Assembly (NCBI RefSeq): GCF_001194135.2
Contig: NC_068984.1
Location: forward strand, 66,635,136-66,699,135
DNA length: 64,000 nt
Direction of reading: 5' to 3'
From: Octopus bimaculoides
Lineage: Eukaryota
Made by a program: the position numbers and the translations under genes
The notes under the pieces: generated by a model
The model's input: only the letters and a program-made list of their open reading frames with translations
Told to the model about the DNA's origin: nothing
The model's database searches: none
Shown here: piece after piece, positions 41,180 through 54,744 of the stretch
Position numbering within the stretch: the first letter of the stretch is position 1
How the letters are laid out: every line of letters starts with the position of its first letter

Positions 41180-41597
41180 TTTTCTTTTACTTGTTTCACT
41201 CATTAGACTGCATCCATGCTGGGATACTGTCTTAAAGAAAGTTCTTTTTTTAGTTGAATGAATTGACCCCAGGATTTATTTTTGTTAAACTCGGTACTTA
41301 TTCTATCGGTCTCTTTGCTGCACTGCCAAGTTACAGGGACGTAAACACACCAACACTGGTTGTCAAGTGGTGGTGGGAGACAAGCACAGACACAAAAAAT
41401 ACACACACACACACACACACACATATACAATATATACAACTGGCTTCTTTCATTTACTACCCACCAAATCCAGTCACAAGGCTTTGGTCTGCCTGAGACT
41501 ATAAGTAGAAGACAATTGCCCAGGTAGCCATGCAGGGAGACTGAACTTGGAACCATGTGGTTGGGAAGCAAGCTTCTTACCACACATCCATGCCTGC
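41180..41597 (-). mobile_element. Family A SINE, full length
   Basis: Reverse complement of head, body and tail of the 35158 copy. Confidence 0.88.
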
Positions 41598-42264
41598 TGT
41601 GTAATAAACTTCTTATTCATTTATTTAATTTGTCTTTGCTTAGTAAATGTTGTTTCCTATTTACTTCTAGCTAAAAATCAAAGGAAATGACTACTATTCC
41701 CTCAAACTTTGCTTTTATGACCTGGACATCAATGTTTTGAAACTGACCTATTTTCAATTACATTTCAGATAGATGCAGCATTGAATTGCTCAAGCAGAAT
41801 TTTCTGGAGCTTTCTAAAAGTTTCAAAAACTTTCAAGAAGTTTCTAAAACTTTCAAGAAGTTTCTAAAACTTTCAAGAATTTCTAGAACATTCTGGCAAC
41901 ATAGATGATAGTGTAGATACAGGGATTGTAAGTTCAACAGGTCAGTTTACTTCTAGCTGTCCAAGAGGAGACAAATTGTTGTTGATAGCCACATTCACCA
42001 CAGATGTCATCAAGTGGTTGAAAGAATCCAGTAGACACATTTTGCTATGTCTGTGACAAATCTATCAAGACAAGAGTATAAAAGTACTCTGGCCACATCT
42101 GCTAAAACGTGTGAAGTCTACAAGGCATATTTTGGCATGCCTGTTGGGAATCAAGTCAAAAGTAAAATTTGAAGGAAATATTAGTCATTTTTTCATACTT
42201 TCTAAGGGTAAGCAAACAGGAAATAGCAGCTGCTACCAGAGGACAAAAATTGTGTCACACAGTG
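41598..42264 (+). mobile_element. Internally deleted DNA transposon, Chapaev (CMC)-like
   Basis: ATG at 42004: MSSSG*KNPVDTFCYVCDKSIKTRV*KYS/ATSAKTCEVYKAYFGMPVGNQ; right end TTGTGTCACACAGTG, left end TGTGTAATAA; superfamily recalled from the FCYxCG...YFG.xxGDQDK motif, unverified. Confidence 0.65.
41812..41894. promoter_or_regulatory. Array of in-register nGAAn/nTTCn pentamers (heat-shock-element-like) 110-190 bp upstream of the transposase ATG
   Basis: Perfect TTC-nn-GAA-nn-TTC at 41832-41844, 41852-41864 and 41881-41893. Confidence 0.55.
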
Positions 42265-42320
42265 TAATTTTTTTTTTTTAGGTACACAATGCAGCCCCTT
42301 GTACAAGTGGACTGTTTTAT

Positions 42321-42545
42321 AATCCTTTAGCATTCAAATTATTCTGTCAAATGCAATGCTCATTTATTCACATTGCTTTGAGTTAATCATGTATTATCTC
42401 ATAACTTTGAGATTTCGATGATATGGTTGTTTATTTTTATAATGGCATTGTATTGTTGGTGTGAGAAGCCAGATTTGGCCAGTTTGAACATAAAACAGGT
42501 AGAATATCTTGGCCAAATATGGCCGGTTTAAATGTTAAAGAGTTA
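42321..42545 (+). mobile_element. MITE with (AA)TCCTTTAGCATT...AATGTTAAAGAGTTA ends
   Basis: Homologous to 60024-60245 and 28590-28812. Confidence 0.65.
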
Positions 42546-45500
42546 TGCTTTACTCTACCAGATTAACCAAAGCTTTGAGTATAAAACTGGATAGTTTTCA
42601 CCCAGATTAACACCACCACCTAGTCAGTGGGTACCTACAGCTGAATCTACTATGCTGTAGGTTTTAAACATGTTTTTTGCCTGAAGGTAAGTTGCTATCT
42701 TTGCATTATATTTCTCTTTACAATAAGCCCTTTCTCACCACTCTCATGGAGGCCCTGCAAAAAATATCAGTGGTAATATCTTTCCTTATCTGATTACACC
42801 ATAAAATATAAATTAGGAAAATCAAATTATTTCAGACACTTTTTGTGTCTTGGCATTTACTCTGCTTTGTGCTGGGTCTGATTTTTATTGATGCGACAGA
42901 ATATTGCTCAAATCGATATGTTGCTCTGTCTGAGAATGGAAGCCTATCACCATTAGCCTGGTCCCTAAGGACCCATTTCCAATCATTATCTAGATATCAA
43001 TTTTTTTTGCAGGTCACCATATTTATCTTCTTATTTTTAGTTTTTATTCCTATCTCTTTCATCAAAGCATCAGCTTAGTTTCTTTCACTCTTTTCTAATC
43101 ACTGACTCCTACTATGCATAAATAATTACCCAATTCTCATGTCTATTCTCTAAACAATTCTAGTTTATCCAGGTTTATAATATCAAACTACAACCCACCA
43201 AGTGAAGGAAATGTATTTTTACTGCTATGTAAATCAGAGCATTGAAAATTTCTATAGAGCAGAATTAAGGTTGATTGTTTGTTAGTGTGATATCACATGA
43301 TAATGATGAAGGCAACCACGGTGATGATGATGGTGGTGGTGGTGGTGGTGGTGGTGAGGGTGATAATGATGCAAGATGTGTGATTAAAGAAAACCTGATG
43401 TCTTTTATGCTAATGTTACATGAAAGTACCTTTTCTCAATGGCATGAATATTATCCGAGCAATATACTCTCCTGGAAAATATATCAGAAAAGTTTTTGTT
43501 CACTTCTGATATAAAATATCACTGTAATATCCATTGAAGTTGACGTATAAGCTAATAGTTCATGGAATAGATCATGACTAAATGATATCATTTACATTAA
43601 AGCTTTCCAGTAATGATTTAGTTTAGCCCCCTTAATGGCAACTTATCCATTTGTACGAGAACATTTTCTGACCAGTTATCTCTGAATTTGATCACAGTGC
43701 AAAGAATAATTTACACAAAAGATTTGTAGAATTCAGTTTTAGCAATATATTCTTTGATCCTTTTTGACATGTTCATATTCTTTATTGATCCAGCTAGTAA
43801 TCTATAATGCTCACAGTTATGCTTTGTGTGCCCGAAAAGAAAAAAAAAAAAAGATTTTTTTTTTTCACTTACAGATAATATGAATATAGTAAGCAATGTG
43901 AATAACATTATCATGGAGCTATACATACTTGCATGTACATATCCACACATACGCCCACACATACAGCCGATCACATACATTTGTCAGTATATGTGTGTAT
44001 ATAGTTATACATGCATACAAATGTACAAATATTTTCACATGCGTGAATTTAATAATGATATATATGTGTGTGTGTGTGTACTCACACATTTAACATACAT
44101 ATATATTCTATGGTCGTTACCTACTCTTCTCCACCTTCCAACTTATCCTTCATTAATACCTGTTGTTCATTATAATCACCCCCCCCCCCCCCACAACCCA
44201 TTCTCCATCTCTTACCATCTCACTCATACATTCTTACCACCTTTATCCATCCACACTTCCAGTTGTCATGTCTTCACTCATTTCTACTTACCTCACAGGC
44301 CGTACCATGACACCTCTTCACCACTATTTTTTATTTCACTGTATAACATCATGGGCAAGTGACTTCTGCTACAGCCTCTGGTTTATCAGAATTTTGTGAG
44401 TGAAATTCAGTTGATAGAGACAGTGTACAAAGGGCCAGCAATGTTACAAGGTTATATGCTAATTCTGACTGAAAATTACACTAAGTGTTCACATTCCTAT
44501 GGAATATTCAACCACTCTCATGCTAATTCAAAGAATAAGCAGTTTTGTTAATCAAACACAAAATATTTATTGCTGTAACTTATAGAATAAGTAAAGGCAG
44601 GTTGCTTAATTGTTAAGATTCCAGGCTTATGATTCTAAAAATGTAGTCTTCATTCCTGAATTGGGTAATGCATTGCCTTCTTGAGCAAAACATTTCATTT
44701 TACATTACTCCAGCCCACTCAGCTAGCTTAATTACATATTCCAACAATGGACCAGTATCCCATCTAGGAAGGGTATATATGCCGGAGAGCCTAGGAAACT
44801 GGCACTGTGTGTCAATATGACTTGGGAAGGGGCTTTATTCCTTCAGCCTTTAATCCAAGAGAGATCCATTAACTAGTTTCTTCTAGTATTTAACATGATA
44901 AGATGAATTTGATTCTTAGCTTGTAGATCTGAAAATGCTGAAACTGCATATTGTAAAATAAATAAATTAATCTGAGTGTCTGTGTGCATGGTACATTTAT
45001 ATATATAATAGTATGCATAGTTATATAATATTATCCAAAGTTACACACACACACACATGTATGTACACATATAATTTTTCATTTGTTTCTACATCCATTT
45101 TTCATGTTAATATCAGTTAGTTGAATACATCTTATGAGGTGTATTTGTTTTTGGCAGCTTGAAGCCCTTCTTCTTGTTGACCCCTACCAGTTTTTGAAGT
45201 AAGATATTTTATTTCCTATGTTTTTTGACACTGCAGAGCTGCTAAAGAATCTGTTGAGAGGGGATTTTCAATAAAGTTCCCTGTTTGTAGCAAAGTGCAG
45301 ACTGTAATCAATTTCACAAATATACATGCATATGCACATGTACACACAAATACATGTGCATACCCATGCATACAATAGGCTTCTGAACACTGCAAAGACT
45401 CATAATTTACCAATACATTTTTCCTGCTTTTGTGTCTTGTCACCTTTGTGTTTATTATGTAACAACCATATCTAATGATTGTTTATGCTCCTCAGGTATT

Positions 45501-45718
45501 AGGTATACAGTCCTTTTTGAAGTATTGAAACTGCTATAATTCTTAGTGAGACAGCTGATGGGGGCTTCACTTTTGTTTACTCTCTTCATTGTAATGCTTA
45601 CTTTATGCTTTTAATGTTTCGGGCAATTCCTTATATATAACCATGCACATGTGTGTCTAGGAATGCATATTTTATGTGTATGTATAATATACATGTGTGC
45701 ATGTTTGTGTGTATATAT

Positions 45719-45838
<120 letters not shown>

Positions 45839-45839
45839 G

Positions 45840-45878
<39 letters not shown>

Positions 45879-48110
45879 CTATCTATATGCACATATGCAC
45901 ACGTATTCACATAACACAGACACATTTATATATATGCACATGTACACATATACATATATAGAGAGATACACATACACACACACTCACAATAGTACATGCA
46001 AGTTGCACGTACACATGCTATATATTTGTGTCTGTGTGTGTATCCATACACTTAAAAATAACAAAATCTTATTGGCTCTTGGAGTCAGCACTGAGATAAA
46101 AGTGTTGTTTATATTTCTCATTATCAAGCTTGGAACAAGTAGAGTTCTATGGCTTAAATTTCCATTAGTTCAACATAGTTCTTCTTGACTTCAAAGTGAG
46201 TGAAATAGGTACGAGATTTCAATTTTGTTGTCGCACAGATGAACTAGAGGTGAACAGTAACTTCAGCCCAAAGTGCAGAAATGATAAGTTGGTTTCTTTG
46301 ATATAGAAATCAGATAGTTCATAGCTTCAAGCTCAAATCATGCTAGTATTATCTTGAACATTAATCTGAATTGGGGAGGCCTGGTTACTGCCTTATTATG
46401 AGAAAAAAAAAAGAAAGAAATAAAGAAAAAGAATAGGTTTTCTTCTTTCCATCTCTGTATTTTTATCTTTCCATTTTTTTTTGTTTCATTTATTTATATT
46501 ATTATTAATCTATAAACTCTTATATTTCACTCTATTATTATTAACTCATTTCTCATTCTACTATTTGCTTCAAACCATTTTTTGTTTTGTTTATTTCATT
46601 CCATGCTCATATTAACTATATTCATTGTCTTTTGATGGCAGTGAATAGAAATGACACAGTATCTTTTGGGTTGATGGGGTGGTACTTCATCTTTATATGC
46701 TTTTTCTAGTATCTGTTGGCCAGATTAAGCTCAACATTCTTCAAGCTTTTGGCTGGCTCAGCTGATATTTATATGAATCAGCAAGTGAAATGTAATAGTT
46801 AAATTCAGTCAATGAATGCAGGTTTTGATCACTGGAAATGGTCTCATTTTCATATGGTGCTTACAGCACATTTTCAAGTTATAGCTCAGATTTTAGCATG
46901 TTTTAATTTAAGTATTGTTCATCACATTCTCTTAATATATAATAACTAATATACGTTTATATGTTCTAAGTTATAGGCCCCATTTTCCATCTACATAGCT
47001 GACTTTTTACATAAGAAGTACAGCTTCTATGTGAAGAAGCTACAGGCTTTTTGACATATTTTTAATACTTTTTAAAAATATAGTTGTAATGGGTATTGTG
47101 AATTTATGTCTGTGATCCACAGTTTTGCACCCAGATAGCTGAAATTTTGCATTAAAGCACATCATTTCAAGAAAGTAAGTACTACATGCATATATTTACA
47201 TCTGAGGCTATTGTTTTGCACTGAGGTATATGAAATTTCGTATAGTGTCACATGTTTTTAAAGAGATCATCCTATTTGACATTTTCAGATTTTTTTTTTC
47301 AACTTCTGACAAAAAATATAAATATTTTATAACTTCAATCATTGCAATGAGCATTTGAATAAAATTACCAATTGTAAAAGTAATTCATTGTTTCCCAAGA
47401 AGATGGAAAATATTGCGAAAAGTAAATTTTATTTTAGGCTTTATGCTTGTTTGTCTTTGCACATTCTTGTGAAACTCATATTCAACCATCTTCTGAATGG
47501 CTTAAATGCATCCATCTGAGAGAATCACTTTTCTTGGATCAACAGAAGGTTGTTGGCACTATTATAAAGAGTTTATCCACAAAATAGGAAATTCATATAA
47601 AAATAAAGCTTTCTGTTACTCTTGAACAAATTTTGTTTGGTAACATATTCCATGCTTTTACTAATTGTTTTAGATGTTGGTGTAGTCACTAACAGATGTA
47701 GGTACCCTCTTGACTCTCCCACCCTTTGACTCAGGACTACATCCAGGATGTGGTAAATGACTTATTTCCTATTTCTCAAAGATTTTTGATAAAGTAAATA
47801 AAAATTCTTATAACATAAACAACATACAATTCTTGCTGGTAAGAACAAAGCTTCTTAAATGGACAGAGGAAATTTAAAGGGTTGCTTTGGTATACTAGTA
47901 GTACATTTGTCATGACCACAGAAAATGGGGATATGTATCCCATGGGTAGCCTTCAACATTTTTTTTCTATCAAAGAGGTTATTAGCCCAATATTCTATTA
48001 GCTGTTATTTATAGCATCATTTATTTTGAATTCTATGCTGAAATGCTTTACAGAAGCAACATTTTGAGTAAACATTATATTACTGTTAGGAATAATACTT
48101 TTGACATTAG

Positions 48111-48112
<2 letters not shown>

Positions 48113-48161
<49 letters not shown>

Positions 48162-48175
48162 CCATCATCATCATT
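48113..48175. repeat. (CAT)n microsatellite
   Basis: Direct reading. Confidence 0.95.
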
Positions 48176-48388
48176 TATATTTGTAGGTTTTAAAGAAATC
48201 ATAGACTATAATTTTGTCTATAATGTTATATATGTTTATGAATAAGTAATGTCACATGCTTTATAATAATAAAAGAAAAAAAAAGAAAACAGCTGAAAGG
48301 AACTATTATTTCATGAAATTTTTAATATCAGGTTTATTTCTAATTTCAAATTGAAAAATGAACTTATATAGTTAAGTATTTTTTCCCC

Positions 48389-48389
<1 letters not shown>

Positions 48390-48480
<91 letters not shown>
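48390..48480. repeat. (GT)n microsatellite
   Basis: Direct reading. Confidence 0.95.
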
Positions 48481-48481
<1 letters not shown>

Positions 48482-49237
48482 TTATATGTTATGATGACTA
48501 TATTTCTTTGAAAGCCAAGGTGTACTCAGATACCATGAATATATAACGTTTCCTGTTTTATCATTCTGTGAAACCCATTTCAAAAGCGTCTTTCCTTTTT
48601 AAACATTTGATACATGACATTGTTATTTCTGACTATCAGATTGAGAATGTGGAGGTGTTAAAATGTCATCAGAGAATTGGAAGTATAAAATGTTGCTTTT
48701 AAGATAAGACATTAAATATCATCCTGTGTGGAGACACCAAAAATGCTGTAAGCAAGAATGAGTTCGTATAAATGGCAATGATAAAAACTGCTTTTCCTCA
48801 GATAACTTCAAGTTCTTCCATTTACCATTTTTGTTTATAACTGCTATGAAGGAAATGCTGTAGAAATGGTAGAAAACTTAAGATGTTTAGCATTGTTTAT
48901 TTATGTATTTATTTATTTATGTATTTATTTATTTATTTATTTATTTATTTATTCCCTTTCTAACTTGTGATATAAATCTGATTCTGATATAAATCCATTT
49001 GATACAAACTTTGCTTTTCATTACTCCAGATTCCATGAAATTAGTAAGTACCAGTCTTTTACATAGTTTAATCCAATCTACTACATCCTAAAATCTTATA
49101 GATGTATGGTATTCTACTGACAGAACAAAAAATTCGTAACTTCAATAGGGTACAAATGAGATTAGACTCTTTCCTCTGGAATTTTGGAAATGAATTTCAA
49201 TCTTATAAATATAATGTTTTAAATTTCAGAGATTTAG

Positions 49238-49400
49238 GTGCAGGTGTGATTATGTGCTAAGAGATTTGCTTCTGAACCACAGGGTTCCACATTCAGTCCC
49301 ATTGTGTGGCACCTCCAGCAAGTGTCTTGTGCTACTATCTACTATAGTCCTTCACTGACCAAAGCCTTGTGAGGGGATTTGGTTGAAAGAGGCAAAAAGA
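49238..49400 (+). mobile_element. Family A SINE 5' half
   Basis: GGTGCAGGTGTG...CAGTCCCATTGTGTGGCACC...ACCAAAGCCTTGTGAG. Confidence 0.75.
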
Positions 49401-49443
49401 AGTGTACTGAGGCTTTTCCCCCTCCATATTCTAAAGAGGTCTC

Positions 49444-49516
49444 AGGCCAGCAGTGTTTGGGGTCTGAAGATATTCTGTAAGGCTGAAAAACCCAGAGTAA
49501 CCTCATAAACTGGCCT
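49444..49516 (+). ncRNA. Decayed hammerhead motif (HHR-3) with extended stem I
   Basis: AGGCCAG..GTTTGGGGT-CTGAAGA-(unpaired stem II)-GAAAAACCCAGA-GTA-ACCTCATAAACTGGCCT; 3' part matches 59610-59628. Confidence 0.55.
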
Positions 49517-49938
49517 ACCCCACTATAATATATATATGTATATATATATATATATATATAATTAATTGGAGGATATATTAACCTCATGAAGGGATGGTTT
49601 CATCAAAGGAAATACTGGTTCAATACCTAGTGTTTTGGGGGAATAAAATTCCCTTAAAACAATAAGTATATATTAAGCATATAGTTTATATCCATTTAAA
49701 ACAAGAAAAGAAAATGGAGATAAGGAAGTTAATAATTGTTTGTTACTAACAAATTGGTCGTCTTTACTTCTTACAGCTGTTTCAATTAATACTCAGCAAT
49801 TTAATTACAAATTTGTTATTAAATTATTGAGTATTAACTGTAACAGCTGAGCACTACCAAGTGTATTCTATACAGAAAATATTAAATATACATAGAAAGA
49901 CAAATTTGACTAAACAGAGCAACATGTGGGATAGAAGA

Positions 49939-49982
49939 GTTACTGATGAGGTCACAGATGTGTGATGAAAAATTTCCTGACA
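49939..49982 (+). ncRNA. Weak hammerhead-like motif
   Basis: GTTA-CTGATGA-G-GTCACA-GATG-TGTGAT-GAAA-AATTTCC-TGAC; core and 6-bp stem II good, cleavage site out of register by 1 nt. Confidence 0.4.
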
Positions 49983-50755
49983 ATAGATCAATCATTATGT
50001 GTTTATGACCATGCTCACTCTTTCCAAGACAGTACAGAATATTTTGAAGGATACATAGTTACTATTTCCTGCTAATAGCTACAGTTTCTTCATCATTGGC
50101 TTGTGGATGTTACTGTTGCATTTATTGACTATGCATATATGACGGAATAGCAGTATATTTCCTGTATGCATGGTGTGTAACAAACGTAATTGCTTATTAC
50201 ACCATTGTATTCCATTTATACGACACACCTGTGATTTCCAGCAACAGTTAATGATGTAAAAAGATACAGATCCCACCAAATTGATTTGCTTTCCTTCATA
50301 CACATAAAAATTAGTCCTCTTTGAGAACTTGATTGAACTTTCTATTTAGGATTAGAGTACATTTCCATTCTTCTTCAATAAGAGATACAATCATTCACTT
50401 TGCCGTAAAATAAAAGTCTGTTTAATGAATAGTTTTCGTGTTGTGACTTCTCATTTAGTAAAAACAATAACTGATCTTCTTTCTCATTATTTTTACATCT
50501 ACTTTTTTTCTATGCTGTCATGATTCAGACAAGATTTGTTTGCAGCAATACTCTACAACCAGATGCTGCTTCTTGTTGCCAATCCTTGATTCTTTGCAAG
50601 TAAGGTACTTTATTTCATGCTTTCATACACTGTTGGTGATTTTCATCATCGAGGACATAATCAAGGTCACCACTGCCCAAGCAGTGGTCATGTGAAGACA
50701 TGCAGCGACAGAAGCACACGCACAAACACTTTATATCCATATTTATATACCCACA

Positions 50756-51348
50756 TGGGTGCAGGCATGGCTTTGTTATTAAAAGGCTCGCTTTGCAACT
50801 GCATGGTTTCAGGTTCAATACTGCTGTGTTGCACTTTGGGTAAGTGATTTCTACTAAATTACCAGGTCAACCAGTACCTTGTGAGTGAATTTGATAAACA
50901 GAAATTGCATGGAAACCTGGTGTGTGTGTGTGTTCACACATGTGTGGGTATAAACGTATCTGTGTGTGTGTGTATGTTTTTTGTGTTTAGGTTATATTTA
51001 TCACCCACCACCATGAGACAACTAGTGTTGGGTTTTTTAAATCTGCATGATGTAGCAGTTTGACAAAAGTGACTGATAGAATAAGTACCAGACTTTGAAA
51101 ATATTGAAGCTGATTTGCTTGACTAAAACTTACAAGGCAATGCTCCAGCATGACTGCAGTACAATGAAAGAAACAAGTAAAAGATAAAAGCTACATTGAG
51201 CTTCCATGAAGTTTTTACCTATCAAAAGTAGTGTATAAAGCATTAGTCACCCCATAGCTGTAGGAGAAGACTCCTACCCAAGGTGCTACACACTAAGATT
51301 TACTCTCAGACCATGTGGTTATGAAGCAAACTTCTTAAACATTCAGCC
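50756..51348. mobile_element. Old family A SINE (+50756-51190) abutting a minus-strand family A head (51200-51348)
   Basis: GGGTGCAGGCATGGCT head, GAAACAAGTAAAAGATAAAAG tail, then reverse-complement head. Confidence 0.75.
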
Positions 51349-51854
51349 AAGAATTACGGAATTAAAATAATAAGCAGCTAAAGAGAAAGATGTGTTTGAA
51401 ACACTTTGGATAACCAAAACTAGAGGTGAAAAGATGGGAATTATTTCAGTGTTGTTTATTCACTAACAATATTGTATTCTGTTAAGTTCACCATTTCAAA
51501 TAGTAATGGTTGTGCAATGCTACGTTTTGTGGTTACAGGCAGTGTGCTATTTAACATATAATGATAGTGTAATGTTTACTGATAGTTAAGATTAAATAAG
51601 CATTTTGAGAAACCTACTTAAACACTGTTTTGGTGAAATAATGCAAACCAATTGATGCTGGAATTATTCCTAGCAGCTAAAAACCTACAATATCCTCTGT
51701 ATTTATGAGACATGGGTGGATTTGGCTAATTCAGATTTCATGTTTGCTAAAAGTGTTTGTTCACACTGGTAAGTATAAAGCAGATAGATTCACAATTCTA
51801 ATATCTTTTTATTTATCTATTTATTATTGCTGTTGTTATTATTATTATTATTAA

Positions 51855-52050
51855 GTTGGTGAGCTGGCAGAATTGTTAGCACACTGGGTGAAATGCCTAG
51901 TGGTATTTTCATCTGTCTTCACATTCTAAGTTCAAATTCTGCCGAGGTCAGCTTTACCTTTCATCTTTTCAGGGTCGATAAAATAAGTACCAGTTGAACA
52001 CTGGGGTCAATGTAATCGACTCATTCCTGCTTCCCTAAGCTACCCTTGTG
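51855..52050 (+). mobile_element. Family B SINE
   Basis: GGTGAGCTGGCAGAATTGTTAGC...GTTCAAATTCTGCCGAGGTC...AATAAGTACCAGTTG. Confidence 0.85.
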
Positions 52051-52548
52051 GCAAAACTAATTTGAAATAATAATTATTATTATTAGTAGTAGTGGCGGTG
52101 GTGATAGTGATGGCGGTGGTGGCAGTGGTGGTGGTGGTGGTGGTGGTTTCTAAGTTGTGAATATTTTACTTATCCTATTACTGTTAAAAATGGTAATTCA
52201 ATATGGGAATTCTAGTTTGCAAGATGAAACAATTAGAAAGAAATGTTGAGGAAATGAGGAAATAAAAGGTAATGTAGAATTTAGATTATGAAATGAATGA
52301 AAATCAGGTGAAAATTTCAGAGAATAATTGAAGTAATAAAGAAAGATGAAGCAAATGAATAGAAACCATATTGAAAGTAATGAATGGAAACCTCGAATAC
52401 TCAATGTCATATTGTGTAAGAAAAAGACTTTGGAAAGAGTATTTATCATAATGGATCATTCATTACATTTAAACAGAGTAAATGTAAGAAATAGTAAAAG
52501 AGGTTGTCTTAACTTTAAAATTTCATTTGGATATGGAGTATGATTTAT

Positions 52549-52584
<36 letters not shown>

Positions 52585-52715
52585 AATTTGTATATATAAT
52601 CATGGTCATGATCGTCCTCATCCTTTTAACATTCACTTTCCCTGGATGCCCTTTCTGTTGCCAACCTTCACCTGTTTTAAAACAAGGTAATATTTCCTCC
52701 AACACACACAGAGTC

Positions 52716-52766
<51 letters not shown>

Positions 52767-52861
52767 TGCATATCATATACATTTACATACATACACACAT
52801 ACGTACGTACATACATACATACATACATACATACATACATGCATGCATGCATACATACATA

Positions 52862-53455
52862 TCATCATCATCATTTAATGTCCGTTTTCCATGCTGGCAT
52901 GGACTGGATGGTTTCACAGGAGCTGGTCAGCTGAAGAGATAGCTGCCCAAGCTCCATGTCTGTTTAGGCACAGTTTCAACAGCTGGATGACCTTCCTAAC
53001 ACCAAGCACTTTACAGTGTTCTGGATGTTTCTAAGCAGTACTGGTATGGGTGCATTTACATGGTATCATCATCCATGAGCTTGCAAGATTAGGAATGCTC
53101 AGCTGGGGAGGGATAGCTTGATATGTCTTCTCAAGCACAGCAAATCGTCAAGAGTCTTAGTCCCTTATCATCACACCTGTGAGACCCAATGTCTGAAGAC
53201 CCTTTCTCACCACTCCATCTCACATCTTCTTGGATCTATTCCTTTTACATGTTCCCTCCATAACTAGATTTTGGCACCTCTTGATGCAACTGTCTTCATA
53301 CATACACATTACATGACTGTAGCAGTGCACTCTTCTCTCTGGCACACTACATCTTATGCCTCGTGTACACAATTTTTCTCTCAAATCACTTACACTCTGT
53401 CACTTATGTACACTAACATTACACATCCAGAGGACATACTGGCTTCATTTCTTTG
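52862..53455 (-). mobile_element. RTE-clade LINE 3' end: ORF C-terminus plus complete 3' UTR and (GAT)n tail
   Basis: RNEASM/WMCNVSVHK*QSVSDLREKLCTRGIRCSVPERRVHCYSHVMCMYEDSCIKRCQNLVMEGTCKRNRSKKM*DGVVRKGLQTLGL...FAVLEKT, a decayed RLRWYGHV...GRPRKTW C-terminus. Confidence 0.88.
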
Positions 53456-53741
53456 TGTGAGAGAGAAACAGATTTACGTACTGATATACATATCTATATA
53501 TGTGTGTATACATATGCACACCCAAACACATATCATTTCATTTAATGATTCAGATTTATACAATATTATATGAAGAACCAGCAGGTTATCTATATTTCAA
53601 TTCTCTAGGATTCCATTAAGAACTAAATTTTAGAAGCTTGAAAGCAAAACTACTTTTATATGACAAAATGGAAAATATTGAAGAGTAGCTGCCATAAATT
53701 ATGGGAAAACCCAATTCAAATTTTGGTTGAAGACAATACTT

Positions 53742-53799
<58 letters not shown>

Positions 53800-53958
53800 T
53801 ACACACACGCTCACACACATGTCTGTGTATCAATGTATATATATCATTGATATCTGCATATTATATATGATGTGTGCATGTATGTATATGTATATTATGT
53901 ACGTTTATATTTATATATGTGTAAAATACATGCATATTTATACATGTATGTATAATTG

Positions 53959-54001
<43 letters not shown>

Positions 54002-54018
54002 CTATGTGTGTGTATATG

Positions 54019-54065
<47 letters not shown>

Positions 54066-54113
54066 GTATATGATATATGATATATCTATCCATCTATCTA
54101 TCTATCTATCTAT

Positions 54114-54744
54114 NNNNNNNNNNNNNNNNNNNNNNNNNNNNNNNNNNNNNNNNNNNNNNNNNNNNNNNNNNNNNNNNNNNNNNNNNNNNNNNNNNNNNNN
54201 NNNNNNNNNNNNNNNNNNNNNNNNNNNNNNNNNNNNNNNNNNNNNNNNNNNNNNNNNNNNNNNNNNNNNNNNNNNNNNNNNNNNNNNNNNNNNNNNNNNN
54301 NNNNNNNNNNNNNNNNNNNNNNNNNNNNNNNNNNNNNNNNNNNNNNNNNNNNNNNNNNNNNNNNNNNNNNNNNNNNNNNNNNNNNNNNNNNNNNNNNNNN
54401 NNNNNNNNNNNNNNNNNNNNNNNNNNNNNNNNNNNNNNNNNNNNNNNNNNNNNNNNNNNNNNNNNNNNNNNNNNNNNNNNNNNNNNNNNNNNNNNNNNNN
54501 NNNNNNNNNNNNNNNNNNNNNNNNNNNNNNNNNNNNNNNNNNNNNNNNNNNNNNNNNNNNNNNNNNNNNNNNNNNNNNNNNNNNNNNNNNNNNNNNNNNN
54601 NNNNNNNNNNNNNNNNNNNNNNNNNNNNNNNNNNNNNNNNNNNNNNNNNNNNNNNNNNNNNNNNNNNNNNNNNNNNNNNNNNNNNNNNNNNNNNNNNNNN
54701 NNNNNNNNNNNNNNNNNNNNNNNNNNNNNNNNNNNNNNNNNNNN
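54114..54744. other. Assembly gap
   Basis: N run. Confidence 0.99.

Noticed and set aside
41812-41894. Short periodic repeats considered as a CRISPR-like array (also the 66-bp units)
   Set aside because: No unique spacers, eukaryotic context, no cas genes
45158-45198. Candidate 41-nt exon (TTTTTGGCAG|LEALLLVDPYQFL|GTAAGA)
   Set aside because: Good splice signals, but no phase-compatible neighbouring exon gave a recognisable protein; dozens of GTAAG are expected by chance in 64 kb
50668-50690. 8-bp GC-rich hairpin ACCACTGC-CCAA-GCAGTGGT
   Set aside because: No CUGANGA/GAAA core around it on either strand
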